This document shows, one piece after another, positions 11,108 through 19,588 of a stretch of 27,608 nucleotides of DNA. Every line of letters starts with the position of its first letter. Position 1 is the stretch's first letter. The position numbers were made by a program, and so were the translations under genes. This stretch comes from a virus (Duplodnaviria; Heunggongvirae; Uroviricota; Caudoviricetes), in IMG/VR virus record IMGVR_UViG_2711768038_000004. One strand, 5' to 3'. Under the pieces are notes generated by a model, which did not search any database, was not told the origin of the DNA, and worked only from the letters and a program-made list of their open reading frames with translations.

Positions 11108-11860
11108 TTATCTCGTCACCTTCCTCAATTGCGCTTCCGCGTATGCTTCTTCCTGCCAGCACTTTGTTACCAGTTTACCAATGACGTCCGCATACCCCTT
11201 ATACCACTGATAATCGGTCAGGTCTGGTACCAGCTTCTGGACATGACGTCGTGCCAGCGTGGTCGGTAAACGACTAAACCGGTTTCCATTACAACGCCCA
11301 CAAATCTTATATACCGGTACGCCATGAAACCGGGTTCTTTTTTCATCCAGAACAATCCCTTTACCCTTACACCCTCTGCACGCTGTGCTGGCTTCGCCCT
11401 TACCATGGCAATGCTGACATAGTTCCTTCACCCATTCTTCCTTGATTACAGATTCCCCGCGTCTGTAGTGTTTCACCACTTCGCGCAATACATTATAAAA
11501 TCCCGTACCTGAACAATGCTCACAGCGAGCCTTACTTGCCGCAGACCTGGAGTAATCAGCAAAGGCAAAACTCACGAGGTAAGGAATAATCTGTAACCGG
11601 ATTTCTTCACTCAATTTGTTCAATGTCGGGTTATCCAGTGCCATCGCGTAATTTAGCAGGCCTTCAATCGCAAACTGAGGGTCCTGAACACCAACTTTTG
11701 CCAGAAATAAGGCCAACCCAAGTGGTGCTTTCGACTGCACCATCCCCTGCGCTGCCATTACATCCGTAATTGTTAAACAACCGGTGCCTGTCGCTGGAGC
11801 GTCATCGCTCAATTTTGGAGATTTTGGGGAGTAATATTTTGGTAAGGCTTCAAGGTTCAT
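11108..11860 (-). CDS. quuQ: Late-gene antiterminator Q homologue, 250 aa
   Basis: Cys-rich zinc-binding motifs (CEHCSGTG, CQHCHGKGE, CRGCKGKG, CGRCNG); start at MNLEALPKYY with GGAG RBS; the ORF-track entry extends to 11890. Confidence 0.8.
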   Translation of the reverse strand: MNLEALPKYYSPKSPKLSDDAPATGTGCLTITDVMAAQGMVQSKAPLGLALFLAKVGVQDPQFAIEGLLNYAMALDNPTLNKLSEEIRLQIIPYLVSFAFADYSRSAASKARCEHCSGTGFYNVLREVVKHYRRGESVIKEEWVKELCQHCHGKGEASTACRGCKGKGIVLDEKRTRFHGVPVYKICGRCNGNRFSRLPTTLARRHVQKLVPDLTDYQWYKGYADVIGKLVTKCWQEEAYAEAQLRKVTR

Positions 11861-11873
11861 GCTCGTTCTCCAC

Positions 11874-12962
11874 TTACGCCAGTACGCCAATTGCCAGCGC
11901 GCGATCGATAAAACGAAATATCAGCTCCAGTTGGGAGCCATACTTATCTTCAAATGCCACTGTATCCGTATGCAGCTCGTTGTGATGCTTTCTGCACAAA
12001 GGCAACACAAAGAGATCATGTGCTTTTGTTCCCATTCCGCCCTGCCCGTGACCAATCAGATGATGCGGATCGTCGGCTGGCATACCGCAGCAAGCACACG
12101 GCTGTGTCTTAACCCAACGTGTGTATTTCTCCTTAACCCAGCGGCGACGTTTAGGCAGCTTCATGAAAGATTCCGGAGACTCTGGATCAACGGTGATGCT
12201 TACCACCGTCTTTTCCTGTGGTGATTTTTGTTGCTGGTGGGCGTAAGGCAACGGTGCAAGATTTTTTGTGCGTTGTTTCAATATGCTGGTGGCGGTCTGC
12301 TCTCCCGGTACGATGTCGCTTTCGCGGTACACCGAGCAGATTTTTTCCGCTGGTAATCCCAGCGAACGACGCGATACAGCCTCAGGTAGTGCATCCACCA
12401 CCTGATTGCAGACCGCCCACCAGGATAATTCAGCCAAAGATAATTCCCGCTCCTGCGTACCGCTTATTGCGTGACGGATGACGTCAATCACCCATGCTGT
12501 CAGATTTTGTTGAGCAAGCAGCTCCAGTGATTCCGATGTCTGGTCACGCAGTTGGTTGTCGCAGTGCCAGCACAACACCATTGCGCCGGTACCATAACGG
12601 TGAATGACTGTTTCAGTGTGATGGTAATCGCCATTAGGCCACTGGCAGGATGTAACATGACGTAATAGCCAGTCGGACAATGCGCCAACGCCGCCAGCAG
12701 CACGAATCACCCGTTCGTTACTAAAAAACGGCAGCAATGTTTTGTCTTCCGCCAGCGGCTGGCGAACGGCAGGAACGACTCCGGATGGCAGATTACGCAT
12801 GCTTTTTGGTTCCGGTTCCACCAGCACTCGAGGATTATGAAATATCTGTATGGATTCACGGCCCGGCTTAAGGACCACCAGCCCAAGCTCAGGCACCAGA
12901 ACAGGTCTAAGTAATACCCGCACGTTACCTCCAGATCCGTTGCTGGAAAGTGCGGGACGCAC
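11874..12962 (-). CDS. ydfU: DUF968-family nin-region protein YdfU (349-362 aa; alternative GTG start at 12923)
   Basis: Recognised YdfU-like sequence with HNH-like Cys/His cluster (CACCGMPADDPHHL); sits just upstream of Q as in lambdoid nin regions. Confidence 0.7.
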   Translation of the reverse strand: MRPALSSNGSGGNVRVLLRPVLVPELGLVVLKPGRESIQIFHNPRVLVEPEPKSMRNLPSGVVPAVRQPLAEDKTLLPFFSNERVIRAAGGVGALSDWLLRHVTSCQWPNGDYHHTETVIHRYGTGAMVLCWHCDNQLRDQTSESLELLAQQNLTAWVIDVIRHAISGTQERELSLAELSWWAVCNQVVDALPEAVSRRSLGLPAEKICSVYRESDIVPGEQTATSILKQRTKNLAPLPYAHQQQKSPQEKTVVSITVDPESPESFMKLPKRRRWVKEKYTRWVKTQPCACCGMPADDPHHLIGHGQGGMGTKAHDLFVLPLCRKHHNELHTDTVAFEDKYGSQLELIFRFIDRALAIGVLA

Positions 12963-13203
12963 GTGGTGGGCGTTCGGAATAAGGCAGCCTGACAGAGATT
13001 ATCCAGTGCCGATAGTCGAGACTGAGAGCTTTCTTAACCTCGAACCCGCGCCTGCGGTAAGAATGAATCAGCCATTCGGCCTGTTCTGCAGTGCATGGAG
13101 GGTGCTGGAACCATTCAGACTTGAATGCGTGAGAATACCGCCCGTGCGTGCAGGCAAGAACGGGCGAATTATCAGAATTGTAATATTTTGCGTTGCGTGC
13201 CAT
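12925..13203 (-). CDS. Hypothetical 92-aa protein; its stop lies 1 nt before the alternative GTG start of ydfU
   Basis: ORF only; not recognised by me. Confidence 0.4.
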   Translation of the reverse strand: MARNAKYYNSDNSPVLACTHGRYSHAFKSEWFQHPPCTAEQAEWLIHSYRRRGFEVKKALSLDYRHWIISVRLPYSERPPRASRTFQQRIWR

Positions 13204-13269
13204 CGGTTTTCTCCGGTGGCACGGTGTTACTCAGCGGGAGTTCAGCCCCGCGCAAGATTGTAGATGAGT

Positions 13270-13521
13270 TTATTCTCCTGAAAAAGCAGAAAAGCCAGCT
13301 TTTATTCCGATCTCTTTCAATGCCTGTAATGAAGTGACAAACTCACCTTCGCGCAAGATAAATCCGTCCGTGACCCGAGCATCCACAAAATTAATTAACG
13401 CAGCCCCATTCTTTCGCAAACACATAATGCGGTAATGACTAACAAGATTTCCATTTTCAACGCACACAGCATAGAGGCCATCTTCACAAAAAATTTTACG
13501 CAGTTCTTCGATGTTCATCAT
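13270..13521 (-). CDS. rem: Qin prophage protein Rem, 83 aa
   Basis: Length and position between ydfU and hokD; assignment from memory of gene order rather than sequence. Confidence 0.5.
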   Translation of the reverse strand: MMNIEELRKIFCEDGLYAVCVENGNLVSHYRIMCLRKNGAALINFVDARVTDGFILREGEFVTSLQALKEIGIKAGFSAFSGE

Positions 13522-13635
13522 CAGAATCCTTCCGGATAATTAGCTCTCCCCTTTAAGGGACCATCCCTCTTATCCCTGCGCGCTACTTAAGTATTTTTGA
13601 TTCTATTCCGGCACCGTCCAGAACTTCAAACGCGT

Positions 13636-13668
13636 TGAAAATAAAAACAAAAACCCGCCGAAGCGGGT
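13636..13668 (-). terminator. Rho-independent terminator of the relB-relE-hokD operon (ACCCGC-cgaa-GCGGGT plus T-run on the minus strand)
   Basis: Hairpin plus T-run, seen directly. Confidence 0.55.
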
Positions 13669-13737
13669 TAAGTGCGGGTGCGTTGAGGATGCCTGCCACA
13701 TCAGAGGTGGCGAGGGATTTCTCCCCCGCCGGGTCTC

Positions 13738-13893
13738 TTACTCCTCAGGTTCGTAAGCTGTGAAGACAGCGACCTCCGTCTGGCCGGTTCGGATTCGTAC
13801 CTCGCAGAGGTCTTTCCTCGTTACCAGTGCCGTCACTATGACGGTTAAACAGATGACGATCAGGGCGATTAACATCGCCTTTTGCTGCTTCAT
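13738..13893 (-). CDS. hokD: Hok-family type I toxin HokD (RelF), 51 aa
   Basis: Translated by hand: MKQQKAMLIALIVICLTVIVTALVTRKDLCEVRIRTGQTEVAVFTAYEPEE. Below the ORF-track cutoff. Confidence 0.85.
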   Translation of the reverse strand: MKQQKAMLIALIVICLTVIVTALVTRKDLCEVRIRTGQTEVAVFTAYEPEE

Positions 13894-13964
13894 AGCCTGC
13901 TTCTCCTGTCAACGCAAAGCAGAAGTGTCACCTTCGGTGCGAAACAGAGATGTCATGCTTTGGT

Positions 13965-14252
13965 TCAGAGAATGCGTTTGACCGCCTCGCTATATACTTC
14001 CGAGCGTTCTCTTTTCCCAACAGAAATCACGAAAACGACAACTTTCTCGTCTATAACCTGGTATACAAGGCGATAGCCTGAAGACCGGAGCTTAATCTTG
14101 TAACAATCAGGCATACCACGGAGCTTGTTTGCTTCAATCCGGGGTGACTCAAGTACTTCAACCAGCTTCTTTTTCAACTGTTCACGTACCGTCGAGCCCA
14201 GCTTTCGCCATTCCTTTAGTGCCCGCTCGTCAAAATCCAGAAAATACGCCAT
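13965..14252 (-). CDS. relE: Type II toxin RelE (ribosome-dependent mRNA interferase), 95 aa
   Basis: MAYFLDFDERALKEWRKLGSTVREQ... Confidence 0.9.
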   Translation of the reverse strand: MAYFLDFDERALKEWRKLGSTVREQLKKKLVEVLESPRIEANKLRGMPDCYKIKLRSSGYRLVYQVIDEKVVVFVISVGKRERSEVYSEAVKRIL

Positions 14253-14491
14253 CAGAGTTCATCCAGCGTCACACGTACTGGCTTAGGATTACGAAGCCGT
14301 TCTTTCACTATCTCCACAAGTTCAGCATCTTCATCACTCAGGAGTGTCTGTTTGAACGGCAAGCGTTCATTGTCAGCGATATACTCGAGCATGAGACGAA
14401 GCGCTTCAGAAGGAGTTACACCCATTTTTTCAAGCGCGGCGTAAGAACGCGCTTTAAGTTCATCGTCAATACGCAGGTTAATGCTACCCAT
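14252..14491 (-). CDS. relB: Antitoxin RelB, 79 aa
   Basis: MGSINLRIDDELKARSYAALEKMGVTPSE...; stop overlaps the relE start. Confidence 0.9.
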   Translation of the reverse strand: MGSINLRIDDELKARSYAALEKMGVTPSEALRLMLEYIADNERLPFKQTLLSDEDAELVEIVKERLRNPKPVRVTLDEL

Positions 14492-14496
14492 GTCTT

Positions 14497-14530
14497 ACAC
14501 CTCTTGTAATTACAAATGTCATTACAAGTA
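14497..14530 (-). promoter_or_regulatory. relBE operator (relO): palindromes TTGTAATTACAA and TTGTAATGACA immediately upstream of relB
   Basis: Inverted repeats seen in sequence at 14504-14528. Confidence 0.6.
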
Positions 14531-14821
14531 TCGCACTACAACATGCTTAGGGCAAGTCACGAAGGAAGTCAGAAAGTAGTCGTAAGAACGGTGATCACTG
14601 TCCGCTTTGTGCCAGGAGCAGCCATTGCTAAGTCCATCCTGTATTGTGCAGGTCAGCTCGTTTTTAAAGAGTCCGGCCATCATCTTACTGGTACAGACAC
14701 CATATACTTTGTGACGGTCAGGCTACATATGCACAACTCAACTTATTCATCTATTTTTTGCTTTAGCATGTCAGTGTTGCTTTCTCGTCGGCGGGTGAGC
14801 GGTGACCTGACCTGTCGATAA
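14516..14821 (+). CDS. ydfV: Hypothetical 101-aa ORF at the position of ydfV; coding status doubtful
   Basis: ORF of the right length and position; no convincing RBS or motifs. Confidence 0.3.
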   Translation: MSLQVSHYNMLRASHEGSQKVVVRTVITVRFVPGAAIAKSILYCAGQLVFKESGHHLTGTDTIYFVTVRLHMHNSTYSSIFCFSMSVLLSRRRVSGDLTCR

Positions 14822-14973
14822 AGGAACGTAACACGTTTTATGCAACACCCGCATGCGGCAGAAAATTATTGCCGAACGTTTACCCCTGTCAACAAGCTTT
14901 ACTTTCTGAGGCGCGCCAGCCCGCGAGGAAAACAATCTGAACATCAAACAATTAATGACACAAGAAATACGAT

Positions 14974-15000
14974 TAAAGATTTTTTTGTGCATGCCGATAG
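14974..15000 (+). promoter_or_regulatory. Sigma-28 (FliA) class 3 promoter of flxA: TAAAGATT-N11-GCCGATAG
   Basis: Close match to the FliA consensus TAAAGTTT-N11-GCCGATAA, 24 bp upstream of the flxA start. Confidence 0.65.
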
Positions 15001-15023
15001 TGCTTTTTTAAAAGGAGAAATCT

Positions 15024-15356
15024 ATGTCTGTCACAATTCAGGGAAATACCTCAACCGTTATTTCAAACAACTCCGCCCCGGAAGGAACATCAGAAATAGC
15101 CAAAATCACAAGACAAATTCAGGTGCTGACTGAAAAGCTTGGGAAAATCTCATCGGAAGAGGGGATGACGACACAGCAGAAAAAAGAAATGGCTGCATTG
15201 GTACAGAAGCAAATTGAAAGCCTCTGGGCTCAACTGGAGCAGTTGTTAAGGCAGCAGGCAGAGAAAAAGAATGAAGACGCGACAGTTCAGCCTGATAAAA
15301 AAGAAGAGAAAAAAGACGATACAAATACCGCTGGCACCATTGATATTTACGTCTAA
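15024..15356 (+). CDS. flxA: FlxA, 110 aa (FliA-regulated protein)
   Basis: MSVTIQGNTSTVISNNSAPEGTSEIAKITRQIQ... Confidence 0.85.
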   Translation: MSVTIQGNTSTVISNNSAPEGTSEIAKITRQIQVLTEKLGKISSEEGMTTQQKKEMAALVQKQIESLWAQLEQLLRQQAEKKNEDATVQPDKKEEKKDDTNTAGTIDIYV

Positions 15357-15792
15357 GTGACAGCCGTATTGTGGCCCTCATCGGGCCACTTTTCGCCATC
15401 AGCCTTTTCTTTAAAGACATATTATCTTTGTATCATTTCTGATAGTTAACATTACAAGATATAAGTAATGGACGCACTCCCAATTAGTCTATTTAAATCG
15501 CCACGAGTTTAACTGACAACCCATGATCAATTATGAATTGCAACTATTTCTGTAGTCACTTTTGTGGGGACAGTCCACAAAACTGCCAACTTCCGCTTCT
15601 TGCTCTTAGCGGACATTAGCATAGGCTATTTACCATAACGCCTCATTACGCGCACCGCCCAGACTGACTCAGCGCGTTTCTGGCATATCCCCGGTAAAAC
15701 AAGTAACAAACCACCCGAAAATGAACACCAGAAACGCGACTTAAGAATCTACCCTATGAATGGATATGCACTCAACCGAATCGATCTTGGTT

Positions 15793-17106
15793 TCAATCTT
15801 TTTTATCGGGATCAGGCTTCTTTTTAGGTAACTTCGGGGGCTTAACTTGCTGATGACTTTGCGTTCGGCGCGTAAGCCAGGGATGGTCAGCTTTAGGTTT
15901 AACATAGTATTTTGAGCGTAAATCAATACGGGCATTATCCACTCGTTCATGGACACTCTTTTCATCATCCAGTGGTATAGGCTCCGGGCCATCAACATAC
16001 TTTTCCCAGCCCAGCGCTTTCCCGTCATACAGAACGTTAATTTCACCGTCAAAGTTCTCGCATACAGTAACAACCGAATGCCTAAGTCGATATCCCCGGC
16101 CCTCACTGCGTACCTGAAACGCACTGCTTTTGTACTGGAAAGTGAGATTTTTAGACAGAACGCGCTTCGCCTGTAGGCTGAAGATATAACCCAGTTCCTC
16201 TTCAGAATGGTGCACATCAAGATGAGCATTATCAGTAGTACGAGGCGACGTAGCGAACCGGTTGTTATAGGCTTCAATAAAGGTCGGCAACCATGCATTT
16301 GCTGTTTCAATATCACTGATATTCTGAAGCCGCATTTCTTTGACCAGCCTGTCCTGTAGTGTCTGATTGGCGCGCTCTACCCGCCCTTTTGCCTGCGGGC
16401 TGTTGGCATGGATTGGCTCGATGCCCAGTGTCTTTATCGCACGAGTGAACTGGGTCAGCTCACCTTCCCGCTCTGGGTTATTTACCCTGAATATACTGTG
16501 TCTATCAGAGTAGAGAGCGAGCGGTACGCCATGATCATTAAGGTAACCCCGGAGGGTTTCCATGTAAGCCCGGGTTGTTTCAGCAGGCACAAAACGCAAC
16601 GCCATCAACGCACTGGTGGCATCATCAATGAAAACGATCAGTGTACATCTGGGGCCTCGATTTTCAAACCAGTCATGAGGTGAGCCATCAATCTGGATCA
16701 GTTCACCGTAAGATGGTCGTCGCATGCGGCGTTGATATATACGGGCAATTTTACGACGGCGTTCACGCCATAACCCCTCTTCTATCATCCACTTTCTGAG
16801 AGTTTCAACGGATAAAGATAAACCGTGTATCTCGCGCAATTTTTCGCACGCAAACGTAGGTCCAAAATCAGCGTAACGGCCTTTGAGGAGTGAAATTACT
16901 GTTGCTCTGAATTCAGTAGAAAAGGAATTATTAGGACGCTTTCCACGTCGGTGGGAAACCAGACCAGAAGGCCCTTCATTTCTATACCGTTGCACCAGAC
17001 GTTTAACCTGCCGAATAGAAATGCCAATGCGTGCCGCAGCTTGTTCCTGAATAATCTGAAGTCGGTGGAGTTCCTTATGACTCATCGTAACAGTCTCTTT
17101 GATCAT
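15793..17106 (-). CDS. DDE transposase / integrase-core (rve) protein with N-terminal HTH, 437 aa, IS481-like architecture; element boundaries not identified
   Basis: N-terminal HTH (IGISIRQVKRLVQRY), DDE core (IQIDGSPHDWF...LIVFIDDATS...NSPQAKGRVERANQTL). A poly-G/A SD (GGGGGA) precedes the ATG at 17106. Confidence 0.65.
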   Translation of the reverse strand: MIKETVTMSHKELHRLQIIQEQAAARIGISIRQVKRLVQRYRNEGPSGLVSHRRGKRPNNSFSTEFRATVISLLKGRYADFGPTFACEKLREIHGLSLSVETLRKWMIEEGLWRERRRKIARIYQRRMRRPSYGELIQIDGSPHDWFENRGPRCTLIVFIDDATSALMALRFVPAETTRAYMETLRGYLNDHGVPLALYSDRHSIFRVNNPEREGELTQFTRAIKTLGIEPIHANSPQAKGRVERANQTLQDRLVKEMRLQNISDIETANAWLPTFIEAYNNRFATSPRTTDNAHLDVHHSEEELGYIFSLQAKRVLSKNLTFQYKSSAFQVRSEGRGYRLRHSVVTVCENFDGEINVLYDGKALGWEKYVDGPEPIPLDDEKSVHERVDNARIDLRSKYYVKPKADHPWLTRRTQSHQQVKPPKLPKKKPDPDKKD

Positions 17107-17440
17107 GAAAAATCCCCCAGAGAATTGTCTGGGGACATTTTAGAATGGTTCAAAGGGGACATTACAGCTTGGTGTTAACAATAGCCTGCTTCTCCGTGCC
17201 TTTCGGCACGTAAGAGGCTAACCTACATGTGTCTAGCATGAAATTGGCCTCAGATTAATGTTAAGCGTCTTGCAGGACGCGTAATGTTAACTGGGGCTTT
17301 TCTCTATCTGCCGTTGGTGTCCATGCCCGAGGCAGATAGCCTCAAGCACCCGCAGTCATTCTACTTAACTAAGATTTCCCCGCAAACCGTTTTTGTCCAG
17401 CACAGTAAATATCCAACTAAACCAATGGAGTTCGCTGTAT

Positions 17441-17620
17441 TTACCGCCAGTATTCAATGCACATGACCGCCATGAACACCCCTAAAAAAAGGGCATTTAT
17501 ATATCCAAATATTAATATCAAAACATCAACTTTTTCCATATACCTTGCTGTGAAGATGATGGGCATACATGATGCGAACAACCAGAACGCAACAAACAAA
17601 AACTGCAATGCGTTTTTCAT
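17441..17620 (-). CDS. Small membrane protein, 59 aa, two predicted TM helices
   Basis: MKNALQFLFVAFWLFASCMPIIFTARYMEKVDVLILIFGYINALFLGVFMAVMCIEYWR; perfect AGGAGG 4 nt upstream of the ATG at 17620. Confidence 0.5.
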   Translation of the reverse strand: MKNALQFLFVAFWLFASCMPIIFTARYMEKVDVLILIFGYINALFLGVFMAVMCIEYWR

Positions 17621-17874
17621 TATTCCTCCTACAATCAATGTGCAATTACATTTAAACACACCTCAATTTGGCCGGACATATAAATATCTAAACCAGAAAA
17701 AATCACTTACATAGCGTTACAAACTCTTTAGTCTAAAGGTTCATCGTAAAACATTCCCCATACTTATCAGTCCGTTCCGCGCCAGGTAGCTCATTGCCTT
17801 ATCTGGCAACCTGTAATCAGGTTTCCGCTTTTTCAGTTGGCTGGTCGTTTAACCGACATAGTTAATCCATTAAT

Positions 17875-18162
17875 CTAGTTGCCGGATGTTGGTGGATTTT
17901 CGCGTTTTAGTTGTTCATAAAAGTGCACAGCTTTAACCAGTTCTTCTGATGTAACTGGGACTGGTGAGGCAGTGAATAAGGCCTGAATTTGATAGTTCGG
18001 CCTGTCGTTACAATCCTCTTTTTTCGGTACATATTTCCAGTCACCAGACCACTACTTCCCCTGAAAGTCCGTAACGCCTTTTTTCACGTAGCGATATCGC
18101 CATGCCACTGGTTTTGCTTGCCCCGCCGTTTCATGCCCTTCCTGATAATTAATCTCGCTCAT
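17875..18162 (-). pseudogene. Hypothetical gene interrupted by an in-frame TAG (18052-18054): 36 codons, amber, 58 codons
   Basis: The frame stays open and protein-like across the TAG (MSEINYQEGHETAGQAKPVAWRYRYVKKGVTDFQGK*WSGDWKYVPKKEDCNDRPNYQIQALF...). Confidence 0.45.
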
Positions 18163-18350
18163 TCATCGCCCCACTCATCACAATATGCTTCGACCGGAGT
18201 TTTTCCCGCTTCATAGTCATCACGCTAGGATTCGACATCAGCAGCACTTCCACCGCGTAACTCACCATAGTCCATTAATAGTTCATCCCGCTCTTCAAAA
18301 CTGATGTTATATTTAGCTGAACAAAAATCAGCCACTTTGTTCTTCCTCAT
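18159..18350 (-). pseudogene. Hypothetical small gene interrupted by an in-frame TAG (18225-18227); its TGA stop overlaps the ATG of the downstream gene (ATGA)
   Basis: MRKNKVADFCSAKYNISFEERDELLMDYGELRGGSAADVES*RDDYEAGKTPVEAYCDEWGDE; the coupling signal is preserved. Confidence 0.35.
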
Positions 18351-18399
18351 CGTCTTTTATTTCGTGGTATGAGTAATTGCAGTAGTTAAAGAAAATTTC

Positions 18400-18510
18400 T
18401 TATGCTCCGTCATGAATTTCCTCAGGTGTTGCGTCATCGTCCACTTCGAATACATCCTCAAAATCTCCACCAGCTATTCCCGTTTCAATAATAATTTTGA
18501 ACTTTCGCAT
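18400..18510 (-). CDS. Hypothetical acidic 36-aa ORF (MRKFKIIIETGIAGGDFEDVFEVDDDATPEEIHDGA)
   Basis: Small ORF preceded by a GC hairpin; weak RBS. Confidence 0.2.
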   Translation of the reverse strand: MRKFKIIIETGIAGGDFEDVFEVDDDATPEEIHDGA

Positions 18511-18682
18511 TTCACTACCGCCCTTTCGGGCGGCCTCCTGATGTTCTGAGGGTGCAGAAATCCATCCGGTTAAGGATTAAATTTTATTTACAGAACTGAA
18601 TTTAATTATTCAGATATACGTATCTGTAGCCTTACGAATCTACTCACTGGATGCCTCTTTCATAAAAATAATCCAGTGGGTT

Positions 18683-19129
18683 TTATCGTTTTTTCCCTGT
18701 TCGTTGACAGATAACAGGTTTTCTGTCTGTCAGTGCCAGAATCTGGCTTACCGGTATTTGCGTTTCATTCCATTAAAAAATCAGAACGCCGTGCGGCCTC
18801 AACACCCGAAAGGCTTCTTTAAATCTCTGTCGCGAATCATCACGCCAGGCATCTTTATTCAGCCGTCCATATTTCTTTCCCATCCAGGCGTTATCACCAA
18901 CACTCTCAAGATGCGGAGGGTCTAATACAACCATCGAAAAAGATGCGTCTGCAAATGATAATGCACGAAAATCTGCGATAATGTCAGGGCTGATAATCAA
19001 GCGTCTCCCATTGCGTAATGTGTATCCTTCTTTTCTGATATCGCTGAATATCGCCCGTTCGTCAGACTTATCGAACCAGAACATGCGGCTGCCACAGCAC
19101 ATATCAAGAATGGTTGCCGGTGCACTCAC
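18683..19129 (-). pseudogene. Phage-type DNA N6-adenine/N4-cytosine methyltransferase interrupted by an in-frame TAA (18773-18775)
   Basis: SAM-binding-like motif (DMCCGSRMFWF) and DPPH motif (DPPY-type) in the 118-aa part; the frame continues ...GVLIF*WNETQIPVSQILALTDRKPVICQRTGKKR. Confidence 0.55.
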
Positions 19130-19548
19130 TGCGCCACGTCCTGAAAATTACCCTGATAGAAAGCCAGTATGCGCTGCATAACTTCGCTCTTCCGGCACTC
19201 GCGACAGATTATGTTTAGGCGACTGTCGTAGCGACGTATTTCTCCGTCAGGTGATGACCAGATAAGGTCCGGATCAACCACAGCAGGTTTCTTCACCTTT
19301 GCCCTCGAGAGTTTTTTGCGGGCGTTTTGCCAGTCCTTACGCGCCTGTTCAGAGGGGAATAACCCGTAGCCGGAGTTGTATACATCGCCACTGGCTACCA
19401 GCTCTCTGGCAAGAACGCTCATCAGATATCTAGTCGCACCTGTTTTAGCTTCCAGTTGCCGTAACGTCTCACGGCCGCTCTGGCGCACGAGTTCCACCAC
19501 CTGCCATTTAATTTTTTCCCGCTCTTCTTGTGTAAAAACTTTTGCCAC
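19126..19548 (-). CDS. Hypothetical 140-aa protein in the replication region (possible wHTH, C-terminal Cys pair)
   Basis: ORF with ATGA overlap onto the methyltransferase gene; not recognised. Confidence 0.5.
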   Translation of the reverse strand: MAKVFTQEEREKIKWQVVELVRQSGRETLRQLEAKTGATRYLMSVLARELVASGDVYNSGYGLFPSEQARKDWQNARKKLSRAKVKKPAVVDPDLIWSSPDGEIRRYDSRLNIICRECRKSEVMQRILAFYQGNFQDVAQ

Positions 19549-19588
19549 AAGTCCCCCTTAAAATTACCTCATGACCTGAAATCAACAC

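Noticed and set aside
10961-11269. 102-aa plus-strand ORF overlapping the quuQ 3' end and the late promoter
   Set aside because: Overlaps a bidirectional terminator and the antisense of quuQ.
15741-16316. 191-aa ORF in another frame within the DDE gene
   Set aside because: Entirely nested out of frame in a gene with clear domain motifs.
15700-17200. Attempt to define inverted repeats and target duplication of an IS around the DDE gene
   Set aside because: No convincing terminal inverted repeats found by eye, so I did not annotate a mobile_element with boundaries.
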